A DNA stretch of 64,000 nucleotides, taken from the NCBI RefSeq assembly GCF_902713615.1, contig NC_052172.1, positions 3,844,001 to 3,908,000 of the forward strand, given 5' to 3'. Source of the stretch: Scyliorhinus canicula. Its lineage: Eukaryota. The position numbers were made by a program, and so were the translations under genes. Below are positions 61,490 through 64,000 of the stretch, in pieces. The notes under the pieces are model-generated. The model ran no database searches. It saw nothing but the letters and a program-made list of their open reading frames with translations, and had not been told where the DNA came from. Positions within the stretch are counted from its first letter, which is position 1, and each line of letters begins with the position of its first letter.

Positions 61490-62406
61490 TATAGCACAGG
61501 AACAGGCCCTTCAACCCTCCAAGCCTGTGCCGACCATGCTGCCCATCTAACCTAAAACCTTCTACACTTCCGGGGTCCGTATCCCTCTCTTCCCATCCTA
61601 TTCATGTATTTGTCAAGATGCCCCTTAAACGTCACCATCGTACCTGCTTCCACCACCTCCTCCGGCAGCGAGTTCCAGGCACCCACTACCCTCTTTGGAA
61701 AAATCTTCCCTCACACATCTCCTCTAAACCTTGCCCCTCGCACCTTAAACCCTAGACCCCTAGTAATTGACTCTTCCACCCTGAGGAATAGCTTCTGATT
61801 ATCCACTCTGTCTATGTCCCTCATAATATTGTAGACCTCAATCAGGTCGCCCCTCAACCTCCGTCGTTCCAGTGAGAACAAATCGAGTTTATCCAACCTC
61901 TCCTCATAGCTAATGCCCTCCATACCAGGCAACATCCTGGTAAACCTCTTCTGCCCCCTCTTTAAAGCCTCCACATCCTTCTGGTAGTGTGACGACCAGT
62001 ATTGAGCACTATATTCCAAGTGTGGCCTAACTAAGGTTCTATACAGCTGCAGCATGACTTGTCAATTTTTATACTCAATGCCCCGGCTGATGAAGGAAAG
62101 CATGTCCTATGCCTTCTTGACTACCTTCTCCGCCTGCGTTGCCACTTCCTGTGAGCCTGTACACCCAGATCCCTCTGCCTGTCAATACTCTTTTAAATTT
62201 AGAGCACCCAATTCATTTTTTTTCCAATTAAGGGACAATTTAGCGTGGGCCAATCCACCTACTCTGCACACCTTTGGGTTGTGGGGGTGAAACCCACGCA
62301 GACACGGGGCGAATGTGCAAACTCCACACGGACAGTGACCCAGAGCCTGGATCGAACCTGGGACCTCGGCGCTGTGAGGCAGCAATGCTAGCCACTGTGC
62401 CGCCCT
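61490..62406 (-). mobile_element. CR1 3' fragment (61490-62185) plus type-d SINE (62195-62406)
   Basis: Encodes LQLYRTLVRPHLEY...RRLRGDLIEVY. Confidence 0.9.
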
Positions 62407-62544
62407 GCCTGTCAATACTCTTAATCATGAGAATTCATTCTTTTATGACTGTAGGATTAAAACTCTCCACTGAAGTTGGCTGTCAACAATCTCAGAAAGG
62501 CAGAAAGGATGCTTCCCCTTCAAGGAGATACTGGACCTGGGGGA

Positions 62545-62830
62545 CTCCGTTTAAAAACAAAGAGTCTCACATTTAAGTCTGAGGTGAGCAGAAATGCTTT
62601 CTCTCAGGAGAGTCATTAGCCGTTGCAACACTGTTTCCCAGACAGTGTTGGGGGCAGGGTCATTGAATATTTTAAGGCAGAGGAGGTAGATCCTTGATTT
62701 AAGAAGGGAGTCAAAGAGATATCGAGGGTGGGCCGAATGTGGCGTTGAGGCCAGATCAGCCATGATCTTACTGAATGGCGGAGCAGGCTTGGGGCTGAAT
62801 GGCCTTCGCCTGCTCCTAATTTGTACGTAT
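62545..62830 (+). mobile_element. CR1 3' end fragment
   Basis: Tail AGATCAGCCATGATCT...ATGGCGGAGCAGGC...CCTGCTCCT matches 34179-34245. Confidence 0.85.
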
Positions 62831-62834
62831 GTTG

Positions 62835-63705
62835 GATTTGTCGATTGTCATGTGTACCGAGGTACATGGAAAAGTATTTTTCTGCGTGCAACTTAAACAG
62901 ATCATTTAGTGCATGAAAAGAAAACAAAATATATAATAGGGCAACACAAGGTACACAATGTAAATACCCAGACAAAGGCATCCGGTGAAGCATATAGGAG
63001 TGTAGTATTAATCAGGTCAGTCCATAAGAGGAGTTTGATAACAGCAGGGAAGAAGCTGCTTGTGACTCTGCGCGTTCTCAGACTTTTGTATCTCCTGCCT
63101 GATGGAAGAAGTTGGAAGAGTGAGTAAGCCGGGTGGGAGGGATCTTTGATTATGCTGCCCGCTTACCCCAGGCAGCGGGAGGTGTAAATGGAGTCAATGG
63201 ATGGGAGGCAGGTTCGTGTGACGGACTGGGCGGTGTTCACGGCTCTCTGAAGTTTCTTACGGTCTTAGGCCGAGCAGCTGCCATACCAGGCTGTGATGCA
63301 GCCCGATAGGATGCTTTCTATGGTGCATCTATAAAAGTTGGTAAGAGTTAGTGTGGACGTGCCGAATTTCCTTAGCTTCCTGAGGAAGTATAGGCGCTGT
63401 TGTGCTTTCTTGGTGGTAGCGTCGACGTGGGTGGACCAGGACAGATTTTTGGTGATGTGCACCCCAAGGAATTTGAAACTGCTAACCATCTCCATCTCGG
63501 TCCCGTTGATGCAGACAGGGGTGTGTACAGTACTTTGCTTCCTGAGGTCAATGACCAGCTCTTTAGTTTTGCTGGCATTGAGGGAGAGATTGTTGTCACT
63601 GCACCACTCCACTCAGTTCTCTATCTCCCTCTTGTACACTGACTCGTCGTTATTAGAGATCCGACCCACTATGGTCAAATCAGCAAACTTGTAGATGGAG
63701 TTGGA
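62835..63705 (-). mobile_element. Rex1/Babar-type LINE 3' part
   Basis: Encodes WCSDNNLSLNASKTKELVID...FKFLGVHI...KKAQQRLYFLRKLRKF. Confidence 0.9.
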
Positions 63706-64000
63706 TTTGTTTTAGGCTGCTAAAACAGAAGTCAATTTTAAGAGCTCCTCAGCTGGCTTGGGCAGCGGGTAACCAATCCTTGTAAAGCAAGGAATCCTCT
63801 GGCTCAATCCTTAATCGTTGCTGAGTTCATTATCTCAGCAGGGGGTCCAATAATTCAGCATTGCTAGATTAGTTGGCGGAATAAGCCAGGCTTCCCACTC
63901 CTGTTTACAGCTGCCCCCCACGGGGGAAATTCCATGTGTGAATGTCAGGTGAGGATAGGATTGGCCTCAAGTCCAGTATCACTATTACAGCTGGGGGAAA

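Noticed and set aside
4167-62406. tRNA genes, and the recurrent short ORFs of the HCLCGVCTSSPC / DCGRKPEHPEETH type
   Set aside because: The A/B boxes belong to SINE heads, no complete cloverleaf was seen, and the ORFs are SINE translations.

Overview
Repeat-dense vertebrate DNA. The repeat complement (HE1/V-SINE-like and Deu-domain SINEs, CR1, Rex1/Babar and RTE LINEs) points to a cartilaginous fish, most likely a shark; this is an inference. Much of the window is mobile DNA: one 5'-truncated CR1 with an intact 1013-aa ORF2 (31128-34169), a degraded CR1 (55-4460) carrying nested LTR-like, hAT-MITE and SINE insertions, many CR1/Rex1/RTE fragments, dozens of SINE copies with at least four different 3' ends, two related solo LTRs, a Tigger-like MITE and several minisatellites. 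There is a 195-N gap at 28492-28686. In the unique sequence between 4961 and 28376 I find a chain of small + strand exons with canonical GT-AG sites, including 8-, 11- and 12-nt microexons. The chain splices in frame into a 170-187 aa ORF I do not recognise. It is the most interesting candidate, but it was assembled by eye and needs RNA evidence. Almost all short ORFs in the supplied track are repeat-derived and not genes. Repeat boundaries are approximate unless TIRs or TSDs are quoted.
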